A stretch of 64,000 nt of DNA from an uncultured Planctomycetota bacterium (GCA_963823665.1 CAWGMQ010000010.1:2464001-2528000); one strand, 5' to 3'. Positions 21,198 to 30,471 are shown, counted from the first letter of the stretch. Notes: generated from the sequence alone by a model not told the origin. Numbers and translations: made by a program.

Positions 21198-23027
21198 TCA
21201 GCCCTTTGTTGTTGCGGTTATCGCCGTTGCCACCGTGAGCGGAACCGCGGAAGCCGCTCTCGTCAGGATCTGGTCGCGCGCATCCGCCAGCGTGAAGGCC
21301 ACGTGCGTGGCCCCGACGCCGGAGAGCCCCTGTGACGCCGCCTCGCTGGCGGCCTCCCCCCAGCGCCCCACCACGATCGCGAGCTCGGCGAACCGCGCCC
21401 GCAGCCGCCGGACCTGGTACCGGGCCTGTGCGAGTGCCTCCGGAGGCAGGTGCGACAGGATGACCATCGCCGGAGAAACTTCCGCCACCCGCCCGGCAAG
21501 CAGCATCGGCGAGCCCGCGCCCTCGATCGTCACGAGTGTGCACTTGGAGGGCGCCAGGATCTGTCCCAGCATCCGCAGCGCCAGGGCGTCCGGCGTGTCA
21601 CTCGCTGCCACGCCCGCGACCACAAACGGTGGCGACGCTGGATTCCCATTGAGGCTCCCTGACTCGCGTCGGTCCAACGGGGCAGGGGCCTTCAAGTTGA
21701 GATCGTCCGTCCCTTCCAGGTCGTCGAGGATCTCACTGATGACCCGCCGGACGAAGGCCACGTCGCTATCCTCCAGCTCCCCGCGCGCCGCGTCATGTCC
21801 GCAGCGCGACAGGGCCGGGATCAGGATCTGATCGAAGACCTCGGCACGTGGGCGTTCCTTCAGGGCGGCTTCGACAACCGCGGTGGCCCCGTCCTGATCG
21901 AGCGACACGAGCCGTTGGTAAAACCGGATATTCTGGTCCAGCTCGGCCTCCTGTCCCAGCAGGGTCGCGAAAAAGCCGAGGCTCGGAACGTACTTGCCGA
22001 GCACCGCCAGGCAAAGCGTCAGTGGCGTCGACAGCAGGGTGCCGAGCAGCCCCCAGAGCCACGTCCAGAACATCGCCGCGACCAGGAGCCCAAGCGCCGA
22101 CACCCCGGTGGTCTTGCCGTAGATGACCGGCTCCAGATACGAGAGTGCTACCTCGACCACGCCGAAGAATACGACCACTTCCACCGGCTGCCTCCAGCCG
22201 GGAAAGTACGCGATCGAGAACACCAAGGGCAGCAGGAACGCCACCGCCGCACCCACGTAGGGAACGAAACGCATCATCGCAGCCAGACATCCCCAGAGCA
22301 CCGCGTACGGCACGCCGATCAACCAGAGGCCCACGCCGACGGTGAGCCCGAACCCCGAGTTGACCAGAGCGATCATCGCCAGATAGCGGCTGATCCGCTG
22401 GCCGATCTCGCTCATGGTCCGGGTCGTGAGGTTGATCTGCCGCTGGCCGAAGAGCTGGACGATCCGGTCACCCAGGTCATCCCGGTTCATGAGCATGAAC
22501 AGGACCAGGATGAGCACGAAAATGCCGACGCCGATGAATTCCAGGTAGGGCCCGACGGCTCCCTGGAGGCGCTGCCGGAATGTGGGCTGCTCGATGACCC
22601 GCACGTCCATCGCCTCGTGCCCCGCGACCACCGGCGTGTCGAGCGACTTGGCCAGCGCGCCGGCGACATCCTGCGCCCGACGGTACGCAGTGTCGTCCGA
22701 GGGCTTCAGGAAGTCCACCTTCTTCTGGAGTTCCTTCTGATAGTCCGGCAGTTGGTACGCCAGCGCAGAGAGCTGCCGCAGGACGACGTAACCGATCCCG
22801 CTTGCGGTCCCGAGCGCGAGGATGACCGTGAGGATGACCGCAATCGCCCGCGGCACCCGGCGCCGCTCGAAGAACCCAGCAAGCGGCGCCAGTGCGAAGC
22901 TCAGTAGCACTGCCAGGGCCAAGGGCTTCAGCACCTCGGCCGCGATCGACATCGCGCCGATGACCGCCAGGATGAGGAAGGTCAGGACGACCGGATGGTC
23001 CATCGGCGACGTGCGTTGACTGGCCAC
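21198..23027 (-). CDS. AI-2E family transporter with C-terminal cytoplasmic domain
   Basis: PLALAVLLSFALAP, RISRYL, RFVPYVG, LEPVIYGKTTGVS, FWTWLWG, STPLT; many TM helices then a soluble tail. Confidence 0.9.
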   Translation of the reverse strand: MASQRTSPMDHPVVLTFLILAVIGAMSIAAEVLKPLALAVLLSFALAPLAGFFERRRVPRAIAVILTVILALGTASGIGYVVLRQLSALAYQLPDYQKELQKKVDFLKPSDDTAYRRAQDVAGALAKSLDTPVVAGHEAMDVRVIEQPTFRQRLQGAVGPYLEFIGVGIFVLILVLFMLMNRDDLGDRIVQLFGQRQINLTTRTMSEIGQRISRYLAMIALVNSGFGLTVGVGLWLIGVPYAVLWGCLAAMMRFVPYVGAAVAFLLPLVFSIAYFPGWRQPVEVVVFFGVVEVALSYLEPVIYGKTTGVSALGLLVAAMFWTWLWGLLGTLLSTPLTLCLAVLGKYVPSLGFFATLLGQEAELDQNIRFYQRLVSLDQDGATAVVEAALKERPRAEVFDQILIPALSRCGHDAARGELEDSDVAFVRRVISEILDDLEGTDDLNLKAPAPLDRRESGSLNGNPASPPFVVAGVAASDTPDALALRMLGQILAPSKCTLVTIEGAGSPMLLAGRVAEVSPAMVILSHLPPEALAQARYQVRRLRARFAELAIVVGRWGEAASEAASQGLSGVGATHVAFTLADARDQILTRAASAVPLTVATAITATTKG

Positions 23028-23060
23028 GGTGGCATTCCTGTACGAGACCCGTCGTCGGAC

Positions 23061-23450
23061 TCAACGGCCCCGGAGCGCCAGCCCGGCGACGAGCCCGGCC
23101 ACCAGGCCGATGCCAAACGCCGCGATCACCGTCTCAGCCGGGTGGCTGCGGACCAGACCCTCGGCATTGTCGTAGCGCTGGCGGATCTGATCGCCCGCCT
23201 GGTGGACGTACCGGCCGGCGGCCTCCGAAGCATGCGCCACCGCCGCTGAGCCGCGCGAGGCCGCTTCCGTGAAGAAACGCTCGATCGACTCACGCCCCTC
23301 GCCGGTCTTTTGCTCGATCCGGCCGACGAGCTGCTCGAACTTCCCTTCCAGCACTGCGAAATCGTCCTCTGTCAACTGACTCCAGCGCTGCTTTGCCAGA
23401 GCGCAGAGGTGTTTCCATTCTCCCTGAATTGCCTGCATGTTGGACGCCAT
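23061..23450 (-). CDS. CsbD-family stress protein with DUF883-like membrane tail
   Basis: QGEWKHL...KQRWSQLTEDD...EQLVGRIEQKTG and terminal HPAETVIAAFGIGLVAGLVAGLALRGR. Confidence 0.85.
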   Translation of the reverse strand: MASNMQAIQGEWKHLCALAKQRWSQLTEDDFAVLEGKFEQLVGRIEQKTGEGRESIERFFTEAASRGSAAVAHASEAAGRYVHQAGDQIRQRYDNAEGLVRSHPAETVIAAFGIGLVAGLVAGLALRGR

Positions 23451-23647
23451 GATCGGTGGGCCTTCTGGTTAGGGGAGCGGCCGGTGCGATTCCGGCTTCC
23501 CTGGTGGAATTCAATTTAATCTCGATGAGTCATCATGAACACTCGCGAACTGCCCGCGGCAGCTCTCACAGAGGTCGTCGACAAACTCGGAAACGCCCTC
23601 GAATTCAGCCGAGCTCGAACCGGGCGCACGAGCCGTCCCGTGACCGT

Positions 23648-23860
23648 TCACGGACGTCTGATCAGCCATCCCAGAGCAACTCCTATGCAGAGCGTGATAC
23701 CTAGAGCCTTGACGGGTTCCTTCACCAGGAAGTCCCGCACCACTGCCGTCCCGTCGGCCAGCCGCTCACGGGCGAACGCCACGTCCTGCCGGCCCATCGC
23801 CTTGAGCTCGTCCAGTTGCGGAGTAAACTCCGCATTCATCCCTCGAACATGATCATTCAT
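23648..23860 (-). CDS. small DUF883/ElaB-like tail-anchored protein (70 aa)
   Basis: MNDHVRG...VKEPVKALGITLCIGVALGWLIRRP; GGAGG RBS; ATGA overlap with the upstream stop. Confidence 0.75.
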   Translation of the reverse strand: MNDHVRGMNAEFTPQLDELKAMGRQDVAFARERLADGTAVVRDFLVKEPVKALGITLCIGVALGWLIRRP

Positions 23861-24390
23861 CGTCGTATCCTCCAAAAAGTTTGTTTCGATCGAAGCCGCC
23901 GCTGGGCGCACTGTCTTGACGCGCCACCGGGCCCATCCTGCCGCGCCGTTCTCTCGGACGACGCCGAGAGACCGGTCCCGCCCATCGTATTCATCGGCTG
24001 CTGGTAGTCGAGCCAATGGAGCATGTAGTTCTGGCCCGCACGGATGGCCACGGGGAACAGAAAGTTCCAGGGGGCGAGCAAAAGATTCCGGCCGGTCTTG
24101 CGCGGCTTCTGACCCTTCTGGGCGGGTCCCGTGACCGGTAGAAGAGCCCCGGCTGGATCGGCCAGACTCGCCGGCTCGCCCGCGGCTCTTGGATGACTTC
24201 CGGTGTAAGCCAGGTAGCCGGCCGCAGCCGCGGCGCCCAGACCGATCCAGGGATACATCCACGTGTACCGTCCCCAGTCCATGACCGCCTCGGCGCCGGC
24301 GACGGATTCGCTCACGTTTGTATGACGCTCGCGCCGGATCTCCGCCATCCGATCAAAAATCTCTTGGACGTCGTTCGATCCCGTGACCAC
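23857..24390 (-). CDS. hypothetical membrane protein
   Basis: GTG start with GGAGG RBS; DWGRYTWMYPWIGLGAAAAAGYLAY hydrophobic segment; same-strand operon context. Confidence 0.65.
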   Translation of the reverse strand: MVTGSNDVQEIFDRMAEIRRERHTNVSESVAGAEAVMDWGRYTWMYPWIGLGAAAAAGYLAYTGSHPRAAGEPASLADPAGALLPVTGPAQKGQKPRKTGRNLLLAPWNFLFPVAIRAGQNYMLHWLDYQQPMNTMGGTGLSASSERTARQDGPGGASRQCAQRRLRSKQTFWRIRR

Positions 24391-24410
24391 GATTCCCTCC
24401 CCGAGGGCCC

Positions 24411-24617
24411 TTAGCGGCCTACGTTCTTCATCTTCTCGCCGACGTCGTGCACAACATCCTTGCTCTTCTCGGCAACGACGTGCGCAGCGTCCCCGATCTT
24501 CACACCGGCGTTGTGCGCGGCGTCCTTGACCTTCACACCGGCGTCGTGCGCGGCGTCCTTGACCTTCACACCGGCGTCGTGAATTCCCTCTTTCAGCGTC
24601 TCACCTGTGTTCGACAT
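24411..24617 (-). CDS. small hydrophilin/LEA-like protein with 11-aa repeats (68 aa)
   Basis: MSNTGETLKEGIHDAGVKVKDAAHDAGVKVKDAAHNAGVKIGDAAHVVAEKSKDVVHDVGEKMKNVGR; AGGAG RBS. Confidence 0.8.
   Translation of the reverse strand: MSNTGETLKEGIHDAGVKVKDAAHDAGVKVKDAAHNAGVKIGDAAHVVAEKSKDVVHDVGEKMKNVGR
24478..24581. repeat. 33-bp coding tandem repeat, about three copies
   Basis: cttcacaccggcgt(t/c)gtgcgcggcgtccttgac repeated from 24498. Confidence 0.9.
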
Positions 24618-24996
24618 GACCTGGCTCCTGCATTGATGTTGAGAATCAAGAAAATGCCTCCCACGCGAATGCTCCCGCGGCAAGGCAAACCTGGCCGGGA
24701 CCACCCCGGCTGATCACACACTCGCAAATTCTCATTTCATTAGAACTTAAATCTTTTAAAATGTCAATAGATTTATCATGGCGTTTCGCGTGATTCGCGA
24801 GTGGCCGCCCGGGGCCAGAGCCATTTCCACATCGAGAGCAAACCCTCGATCGTCCGCAGCGATTCCGCCGCACTGCATGTTTTCCCCTGTTGAATCACGC
24901 ATCGACAGCACAGTGAACATTCGCGAATACAGTTTATTGGGCCACCCCATTACGAGAGTGGTTGGCGCTGGCGATCGAGCCACAAGGGCGCGAACG

Positions 24997-25044
24997 AAAA
25001 AAAACCGGCGTGGTCGAGAACCCTCAGGTCTTCGACCACGCCGG
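24997..25044 (-). terminator. intrinsic terminator
   Basis: 13-bp perfect stem ccggcgtggtcga (25005-25017) / tcgaccacgccgg (25032-25044) followed by 8 T on the minus strand. Confidence 0.85.
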
Positions 25045-25162
25045 CTTACTTTTCGACGGACCACCCGGAAGAACCGGGCTGCCCTTCGTCTAGTCATCCG
25101 ACAGATTCAACTCATCTCCGGGAGGCGACTAATTCTTATCCCAAGTCTACTCCCGATGAATA
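24997..25162 (-). ncRNA. candidate orphan small RNA, about 165 nt
   Basis: Lies between a sigma70-like promoter and a strong terminator, has two further hairpins and no credible ORF. Confidence 0.5.
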
Positions 25163-25168
25163 CACCTC

Positions 25169-25198
25169 ATCATAGACGCTGCAGCGTGGGGATAACAA
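25169..25198 (-). promoter_or_regulatory. sigma70-like promoter TTGTTA-N18-TATGAT
   Basis: -35 at 25193-25198 and -10 at 25169-25174 on the minus strand. Confidence 0.5.
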
Positions 25199-25228
25199 GT
25201 CGATTCGTGTTTCGCAGTTCCGCGACCC

Positions 25229-26182
25229 TCACTCGATGATCACCCCGGGGATCAGTGCCTGCAATTTATTCCGCCGATCCGCCTGGTCCTGCGAAAGGCC
25301 GACGCGAAGCGTCTTCAGCTTCTTAAGCTCACGGAGCGTCGCGATGCCTTCGTCGCTCACGTGCCAGCCGCTCAAGTCGAGGAAGTCCAGCTCCGTCATG
25401 TTCTTCAGGAACACGAGGCCGCGATCGGAGATCGAGTGGCTCCCCTCGTCGAGCGACAGGTAACTGAGCCGCGTCAACCTGCTGAGCTTCTGAAGCCCTG
25501 CATCGGAAAATCCTTCACCGCCAATCCGCAGTTCTTCAAGGCTCGTCAACTTCCCGATCGCTTCCAGGCTGGCATCCGTCATCTTCGATTTCCCGATGTG
25601 CAGGATTCGAAGCTGCTTGAGCCCCGAGAGATGCTGGAATCCCATGTCCGTCAGGTGAAATGCCCATTCGATGCTGAGTTCTTCGAGACCGGTCATCTGG
25701 CCCACGTAGGAAAGGTTTTCATCCGTGACTTGTTGCCCGCCGATTTGCAGTGTCCGCACACTTGTCTGGGTGGCGAGCTTGCGCAAGGCCTGGTCGGCCG
25801 CCCCCATGTTCACCCACGTCGCATCCGCCATGCCCTTCTTGATGTCGACATAAAGGCTCACATGAGCGATTGACTGAAAACACTCATCGCCCGCCGCCCG
25901 CCTCACCCAGTCCGGCGCCCACGGCTTTCTGCCCGGCGTGAGGGTGCCCCACGTCGGCTTCCAGAGCGAATTCCCGCGCGGAACCTTTACCCGCCCGTTC
26001 TTGAACTCCCAATCGTAATGCACGAACCCACCAAACTTCTGCAGCGCCGACACGGCTTCCCGCTGCTGCCGCGCCTTGTTGGCAATCCAGCCCAGGCCCA
26101 GCGCGATCGCGAGTATGACCAGTAGCAGCCCGCGAAGGCTGATGGTCTTCCAGCGCACGATTGGCTTCTTTTCCCGGTCCAC
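25229..26182 (-). CDS. membrane-anchored leucine-rich repeat protein
   Basis: SLRGLLLVILAIALGLGW anchor, QREAVSALQKFGG, repeats such as LTDMGFQHLSGLKQLRILHI and SDAGLQKLSRLTRLSYLSL. Confidence 0.88.
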   Translation of the reverse strand: MDREKKPIVRWKTISLRGLLLVILAIALGLGWIANKARQQREAVSALQKFGGFVHYDWEFKNGRVKVPRGNSLWKPTWGTLTPGRKPWAPDWVRRAAGDECFQSIAHVSLYVDIKKGMADATWVNMGAADQALRKLATQTSVRTLQIGGQQVTDENLSYVGQMTGLEELSIEWAFHLTDMGFQHLSGLKQLRILHIGKSKMTDASLEAIGKLTSLEELRIGGEGFSDAGLQKLSRLTRLSYLSLDEGSHSISDRGLVFLKNMTELDFLDLSGWHVSDEGIATLRELKKLKTLRVGLSQDQADRRNKLQALIPGVIIE

Positions 26183-26187
26183 GCCCG

Positions 26188-26216
26188 ATCATAGACCACG
26201 AACAAAGTCGGAGCAA
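26188..26216 (-). promoter_or_regulatory. sigma70-like promoter TTGCTC-N17-TATGAT, probably giving a leaderless LRR mRNA
   Basis: -10 ends 5 nt before GTG 26182; no Shine-Dalgarno. Confidence 0.45.
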
Positions 26217-26249
26217 GGCAACTCAGCACGCGTGTCGGGCGCGCCGGCG

Positions 26250-26271
26250 AAAAGGTGTCAGGAACCGATTC
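26250..26271 (+). repeat. dispersed short repeat copy 1
   Basis: AAAAGGTGTCAGGAACCGATTC. Confidence 0.9.
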
Positions 26272-26323
26272 GCAACGATCGAGGGCTGATTGAGCGATCG
26301 GCTGCTTGTTTGCTACCCTTCTT

Positions 26324-26382
26324 GTTGGGCGCAGGTCTCGGGCACCCGAAGGGTCGCCGCCGTCTCCCCGACCGGAGGTCTC
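26324..26382 (+). repeat. GGTCTC-containing dispersed repeat, copy A
   Basis: GC(A)GGTCTC ... CCGACCGGAGGTCTC resembles 30513-30571. Confidence 0.5.
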
Positions 26383-26560
26383 ACCCGCGCGCGGGGAAAG
26401 TGGCTCGGGTCTGAAATTAACTCGATCCGAGCCACCGGGAGTACTCGGGGGTCGACCTCTCTCCGTATTGGCCCGCTCGCCCGTTCCAGGGAGAATACAC
26501 GTGCCCGACATTCAGACAATCGGGCGACACCGAGCCGAGTGTTGTTCGTGAGATTTTCGC

Positions 26561-26938
26561 ATGCGCGCCACGAAGAAAGCTGGGCCCAGCCTTCCCAAGC
26601 CCGCAGCCCTCAAGAGTACAGGAGCAGCCCCTGGCTACCGTCGGGGAGCCGAGCCGAGCGGCGTCGGCAAGCGCGGCTCGGTCGTGATTCCGGCTGCGCT
26701 CCGACGGCGCTACGGCATCGAGGAAGGTTCGTTTGTCGTCGCGGAGCCTTGCGAGGGCGGCGTCCTGATCCGGCCGGCCCTGGTCCTTCCAGTCGAGGTT
26801 TATACACCCGAGCGCAAGGCCCAGTTCCTGCTGTCAAACGCGATCGATGCCGCCGATTATGCCCGCGCCGTAGCCGAGGTTCGCGCAATGGGCTTGCATC
26901 CGAACAAGATCCCGCACTACAAGCGACGCGGGGTCTAA
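26561..26938 (+). CDS. AbrB/MazE/SpoVT-family antitoxin
   Basis: VGKRGSVVIPAALRRRYGIEEGSFV...GGVLIRP; directly upstream of a PIN ORF. Confidence 0.88.
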   Translation: MRATKKAGPSLPKPAALKSTGAAPGYRRGAEPSGVGKRGSVVIPAALRRRYGIEEGSFVVAEPCEGGVLIRPALVLPVEVYTPERKAQFLLSNAIDAADYARAVAEVRAMGLHPNKIPHYKRRGV

Positions 26939-29900
26939 CGGGTGGATCGTCTCTTCCTCGACGCCAACGTCCTACTCTCCGCCGCGTGGCGCGCCGACGC
27001 GGCGCTTCAGAGGTTGTGGCGATTGGATAGCGTGGTGCTGCTGTCCTCGAGTTACGCTCTCGAGGAGGCCCGCCGAAACCGTGAAACACCCGCCCAACGA
27101 GGCCGGCTGACCCGGTTGCGTCGCAAGGTGCGGGCAGCTTCTGCGGGATAAGGAGGGCTTTGCGGTGCTCGGCGTCAGCTTCCGATGACTTGCCTGTCTT
27201 CAGCAGTTGATCGCCGAGGTTGTTGTGGCACTCCGCCAGCTTCCTACTGAATTCGATGACGGTCGGGTTGTCGTCGGCTAGCTTCTGACAGATCGCCAGT
27301 GCCCTGCGGTGCTCGGCTTCCGCTTCCGATGCCTTTCCCATATCCGAGAGCAATATGCCGAGGTGCTTGTGGCACTGCACCAGCATTCTGCGGGATTCGA
27401 TAACGGCGGGGTCATCGGCGGCCAGCTTGTCTAAAATCACCAGTGCCTTGCGATACTCGGCTTCCGCTTCAGTCGCCTTGCCCATCTGCTGCGATACCCA
27501 GGCGAGGTAGTAGTGGCTGCCAGCCAGGTGGTTGCGGTATTCGGTGACCGCGGGGTTATCGTCAACCAGCTTCTGCCGGATCGTCAATGCCTCGCGAGAC
27601 TCGGCCTCCGCCTCACTTGACTTGCCCAAATTCCACATCAGCAGGCCGAGGTTGTAGTGGCTTTGCGCCAGGTGGCTGCGGAATTCAGTGACTGCGGGAT
27701 TCTGGTCGGCCAGCTTCTGCTGGAGAGACAGCGCCTCGCGGTACTCGATCTCCGCTTCCAGCGACTTACCCGTATCCTTCAGGAGGTTGCCGAAGTTGTT
27801 GTGGCATCGCGCCAGACTGTCGCGGAATTCGGCGACGGCGGGATTGTCGTCGGCCAGCTTCTGATAGAGCCGCATTGCATTGCGGTACTCGGAGTCCGCT
27901 TCCAGTGATTTGCCGGTATTCATCAGCAGGGTGGCGAAGTTGCTCTGGCTTCGCGCCAGGTTGCTGCGGAATTCAGTCACGGCGGGGTTGTCGCCAGCCA
28001 GCTTCTGATAGAGCCCCACCGCCGCGCGGTACTCGCCCTCCGCCTCCGATGTCTTTCCCGTCACCGCCAGCAGGTTGCCGAGGTTGTTGTGGCAAAGCGC
28101 CAGACGGCTGCGGAAGTCGGTGATGGCGGGATTGACGTCGGCGAGCTTCTGGAAGACCATCAGTGCCTTGCGGTACTCAGCCTCTGCTTCCGACGACTTG
28201 CCCGTCCCCGCCAGCACAATGGCAAGCCTGTTGATCGTCGCGCCCAGGTTCCTCCGGGACTCGGCCGTCGCCCCGCGGGCCGCGGCCAGTGCCTCCTGGT
28301 CTGCAAGCGCCAGGCGGTAGACCGACAGGGCTTCGTCGCTGCGGCCTGTCGTTTGGAGTAGCCGGCCGAGATGCGACCGGCAGTCAGCCAGGACAACCCG
28401 CGCCGCGCCGGCCTCTGCGATCGACGTGGCCAGTTTCACAAGAAGTGCCTCGGCTTTGCGGTACATCGCCTCCGCTGGCGCCATTTGTCCCGTGTGTTCC
28501 AGCAGCGAGGCGACGGCCGTCAGGCTGCGCCCCACGTCGGCCGTGACATCCGACTCGGCCGGCATTTCGGCCGCAAGCGCCTCTCTTGCGGCGAGGACCT
28601 GCCGGTGTGCCTCGAGCGCGTCCTCCGGCTTCCCGACCTTGTCCGTCAGCTCGGCCAGATCGAAATTGGCCTGCAACATCGCCTGCCGCGACGCTCTGTC
28701 CTTGCGGCCCTTCAAGAGTGCCCCCAGCTTGCCGTAGAACTCACTCGCCGACTTGAGCAGCCGGTCGCGCAGGTCCTTGAACTTCTCCTCCTTGAGCAGA
28801 AAATCCTCGCTAACGCCGGTGTGAAACGCCTGGATCGCCTCCAGCGCCAGGCTATATCGCTCCTGCACGCGAGCCTTTTCGGCGGCAAGCTCGGTGTTCG
28901 CTCGCTTCACCTCGGTGTTGGCCGCTCGCAAGCTGCTGTTGGCCTGGGCCTGAACGCCCGCGACCGCAACCAGCCCGGCCACGCCGGCAACGAGCGCCAC
29001 GCCGGCCGCTGTCACCGCTGTACGGTTCCGCCGCGCCCATCGCCGCGCCCGCCGCGCAACCGGCTCGCGCCAGGCCGTCACTGGCTCGTCAGCCATCCAG
29101 CGATCCAGATCGTCGGCGAGCGCCCGGCAGGTGGAGTACCGGTCTTCACTCCGAAGGGCCATGGCTTTGAGACAGATCGCTTCGAGCGCCGGGTCGATAC
29201 TCGCGTCGCGGCTACGCGGCCGGCGGAAGTCGCCCCGCAGCACGGCGCCAATCACGTCGACAGCGTCACCGGCGAACGGCGGCTGACCGGTTAGCACGTG
29301 GTAGAGCGTCGCGCCCAGGCTGTAGACATCCGATCGTGGTCCCAGCCGCTCGAGCCGGCCCTCGGCTTGCTCCGGGCTCATGTAGGCCGGCGTGCCCAGC
29401 GCCGAGCCGGGCAACGTCTCGGATGAGCCGCTGGCAGAGGAGGGCAAGAGCGTTCGCTCCGCGGCCGACGGGTCGGACTTCCCCGTGGCTTTTGCCAATC
29501 CCCAATCGACCACCAGAGTCTCACCGTGCCGCCCCACGATGATATTGCTGGGCTTGATGTCGCGATGCAGCACGCCGCGCGAATGGGCGTATTCAATGGC
29601 GTTGCAAACGTCGATGAAAGGGCGCAGCAGCTTGCGCAGAGCGAGCGACCGCCGGCCGGGATCGCGGTGATGACTCTCGTCGGCATGGAACCGGTTGATT
29701 GCCTCTTTCAGACTGTCCCCCTTGATGAACCGCATCACGTAGAACGGCCGCCCGTCGCCGTGGGCCCCGAGCCCATAAACTGGAACAATCCCCGGATGCT
29801 CGAGCCCGCCGGTGATCTCGGCCTCGAGCAGAAATCGCCCGCGGCTCTCCGCATCGTCCGCGTGCTTGTCAAGCATCTGCTTGAGCGCGACCTCGCGGTT

Positions 29901-30380
29901 CAATTCGCCGTCCAGCGCGACGAAGACCACGCCCAGGCCCCCCTGCGCGTGCGGTCGCAAAATGCGAAACCGCAGTCCGTCGCCGGTGGCCGTGCCGACG
30001 GAATAGCTGACGGTGCGGCCGGCATCGGCATCGTGATCGTCTCGAGTGGAGGCTGAGCCGAGATGGATCAAGCTCGCTTCGATGGCAGGCTCGCCGATCG
30101 ACTCGAGCCCGTCGCGTGCGCTCCGGCCGGCGGGGATGGCAGCCAGGCTCGTTTCGACGTCGTCGCCATGCTTCTTGAGGTGCCTGGCGACCACGGCCTC
30201 GACGGCCAGACGGTCGTCGGCATCGAGGGCTCCGCTTCGCACCAGGTGCTCGGCCAGGCCGCGGGCCTTGTCCAGCGTCCAGGCTTGAAAGGCAGCCACC
30301 AGTTTCGCCTGATCGATCAGGCCGATTTGAAGAGCGAGCAGCCCGAACAACAATTCTCTCTCGGCGGCAACGGCGCCCAT
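26610..30380 (-). CDS. Ser/Thr protein kinase with TM helix and 48-aa TPR-like repeats; native sequence ends near 27135, then reads through antisense to the TA operon
   Basis: GGLGVVF, VALK, HRDIKPSN, DWGLAK, GTPAYMSPEQ, SDVYSLG; about ten repeats of the type EAEYRKAL...QKLADDNPAVTEFR...HNNLG...GKSSEA. Confidence 0.92.
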   Translation of the reverse strand: MGAVAAERELLFGLLALQIGLIDQAKLVAAFQAWTLDKARGLAEHLVRSGALDADDRLAVEAVVARHLKKHGDDVETSLAAIPAGRSARDGLESIGEPAIEASLIHLGSASTRDDHDADAGRTVSYSVGTATGDGLRFRILRPHAQGGLGVVFVALDGELNREVALKQMLDKHADDAESRGRFLLEAEITGGLEHPGIVPVYGLGAHGDGRPFYVMRFIKGDSLKEAINRFHADESHHRDPGRRSLALRKLLRPFIDVCNAIEYAHSRGVLHRDIKPSNIIVGRHGETLVVDWGLAKATGKSDPSAAERTLLPSSASGSSETLPGSALGTPAYMSPEQAEGRLERLGPRSDVYSLGATLYHVLTGQPPFAGDAVDVIGAVLRGDFRRPRSRDASIDPALEAICLKAMALRSEDRYSTCRALADDLDRWMADEPVTAWREPVARRARRWARRNRTAVTAAGVALVAGVAGLVAVAGVQAQANSSLRAANTEVKRANTELAAEKARVQERYSLALEAIQAFHTGVSEDFLLKEEKFKDLRDRLLKSASEFYGKLGALLKGRKDRASRQAMLQANFDLAELTDKVGKPEDALEAHRQVLAAREALAAEMPAESDVTADVGRSLTAVASLLEHTGQMAPAEAMYRKAEALLVKLATSIAEAGAARVVLADCRSHLGRLLQTTGRSDEALSVYRLALADQEALAAARGATAESRRNLGATINRLAIVLAGTGKSSEAEAEYRKALMVFQKLADVNPAITDFRSRLALCHNNLGNLLAVTGKTSEAEGEYRAAVGLYQKLAGDNPAVTEFRSNLARSQSNFATLLMNTGKSLEADSEYRNAMRLYQKLADDNPAVAEFRDSLARCHNNFGNLLKDTGKSLEAEIEYREALSLQQKLADQNPAVTEFRSHLAQSHYNLGLLMWNLGKSSEAEAESREALTIRQKLVDDNPAVTEYRNHLAGSHYYLAWVSQQMGKATEAEAEYRKALVILDKLAADDPAVIESRRMLVQCHKHLGILLSDMGKASEAEAEHRRALAICQKLADDNPTVIEFSRKLAECHNNLGDQLLKTGKSSEADAEHRKALLIPQKLPAPCDATGSAGLVGRVFHGFGGPPRERNSRTAAPRYPIATTSEAPRRRATRRRVGRWRRGRDDPPVRPRVACSAGSCSDASPLREPRLRRGHNRRHRSRLTAGTGPCARVYKPRLEGPGPAGSGRRPRKAPRRQTNLPRCRSAVGAQPESRPSRACRRRSARLPDGSQGLLLYS
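26942..27151 (+). pseudogene. PIN-domain (VapC-like) toxin, 3' truncated near 27133
   Basis: LFLDANVLLSAA and SYALEEARRN are the first half of a PIN fold; only 69 aa, and the last codons come from the opposite-strand kinase gene. Confidence 0.8.
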
Positions 30381-30471
30381 CGGTCGATTCTCCAGGTGAT
30401 CCGTCGGCAATGCGCCTCTTCAGTCTATCCCCAACCCGGCACGATTGCAGCCGATCGCCAGCACCCGGGGG

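Noticed and set aside
24478..24581. 33-bp repeats as a possible CRISPR array
   Set aside because: Tandem with no spacers and in-frame within a coding gene
24720..24790. AT-rich tract as a replication origin or defined promoter
   Set aside because: Probably part of the stress-operon promoter, but no DnaA boxes, iterons or clear sigma motif could be assigned
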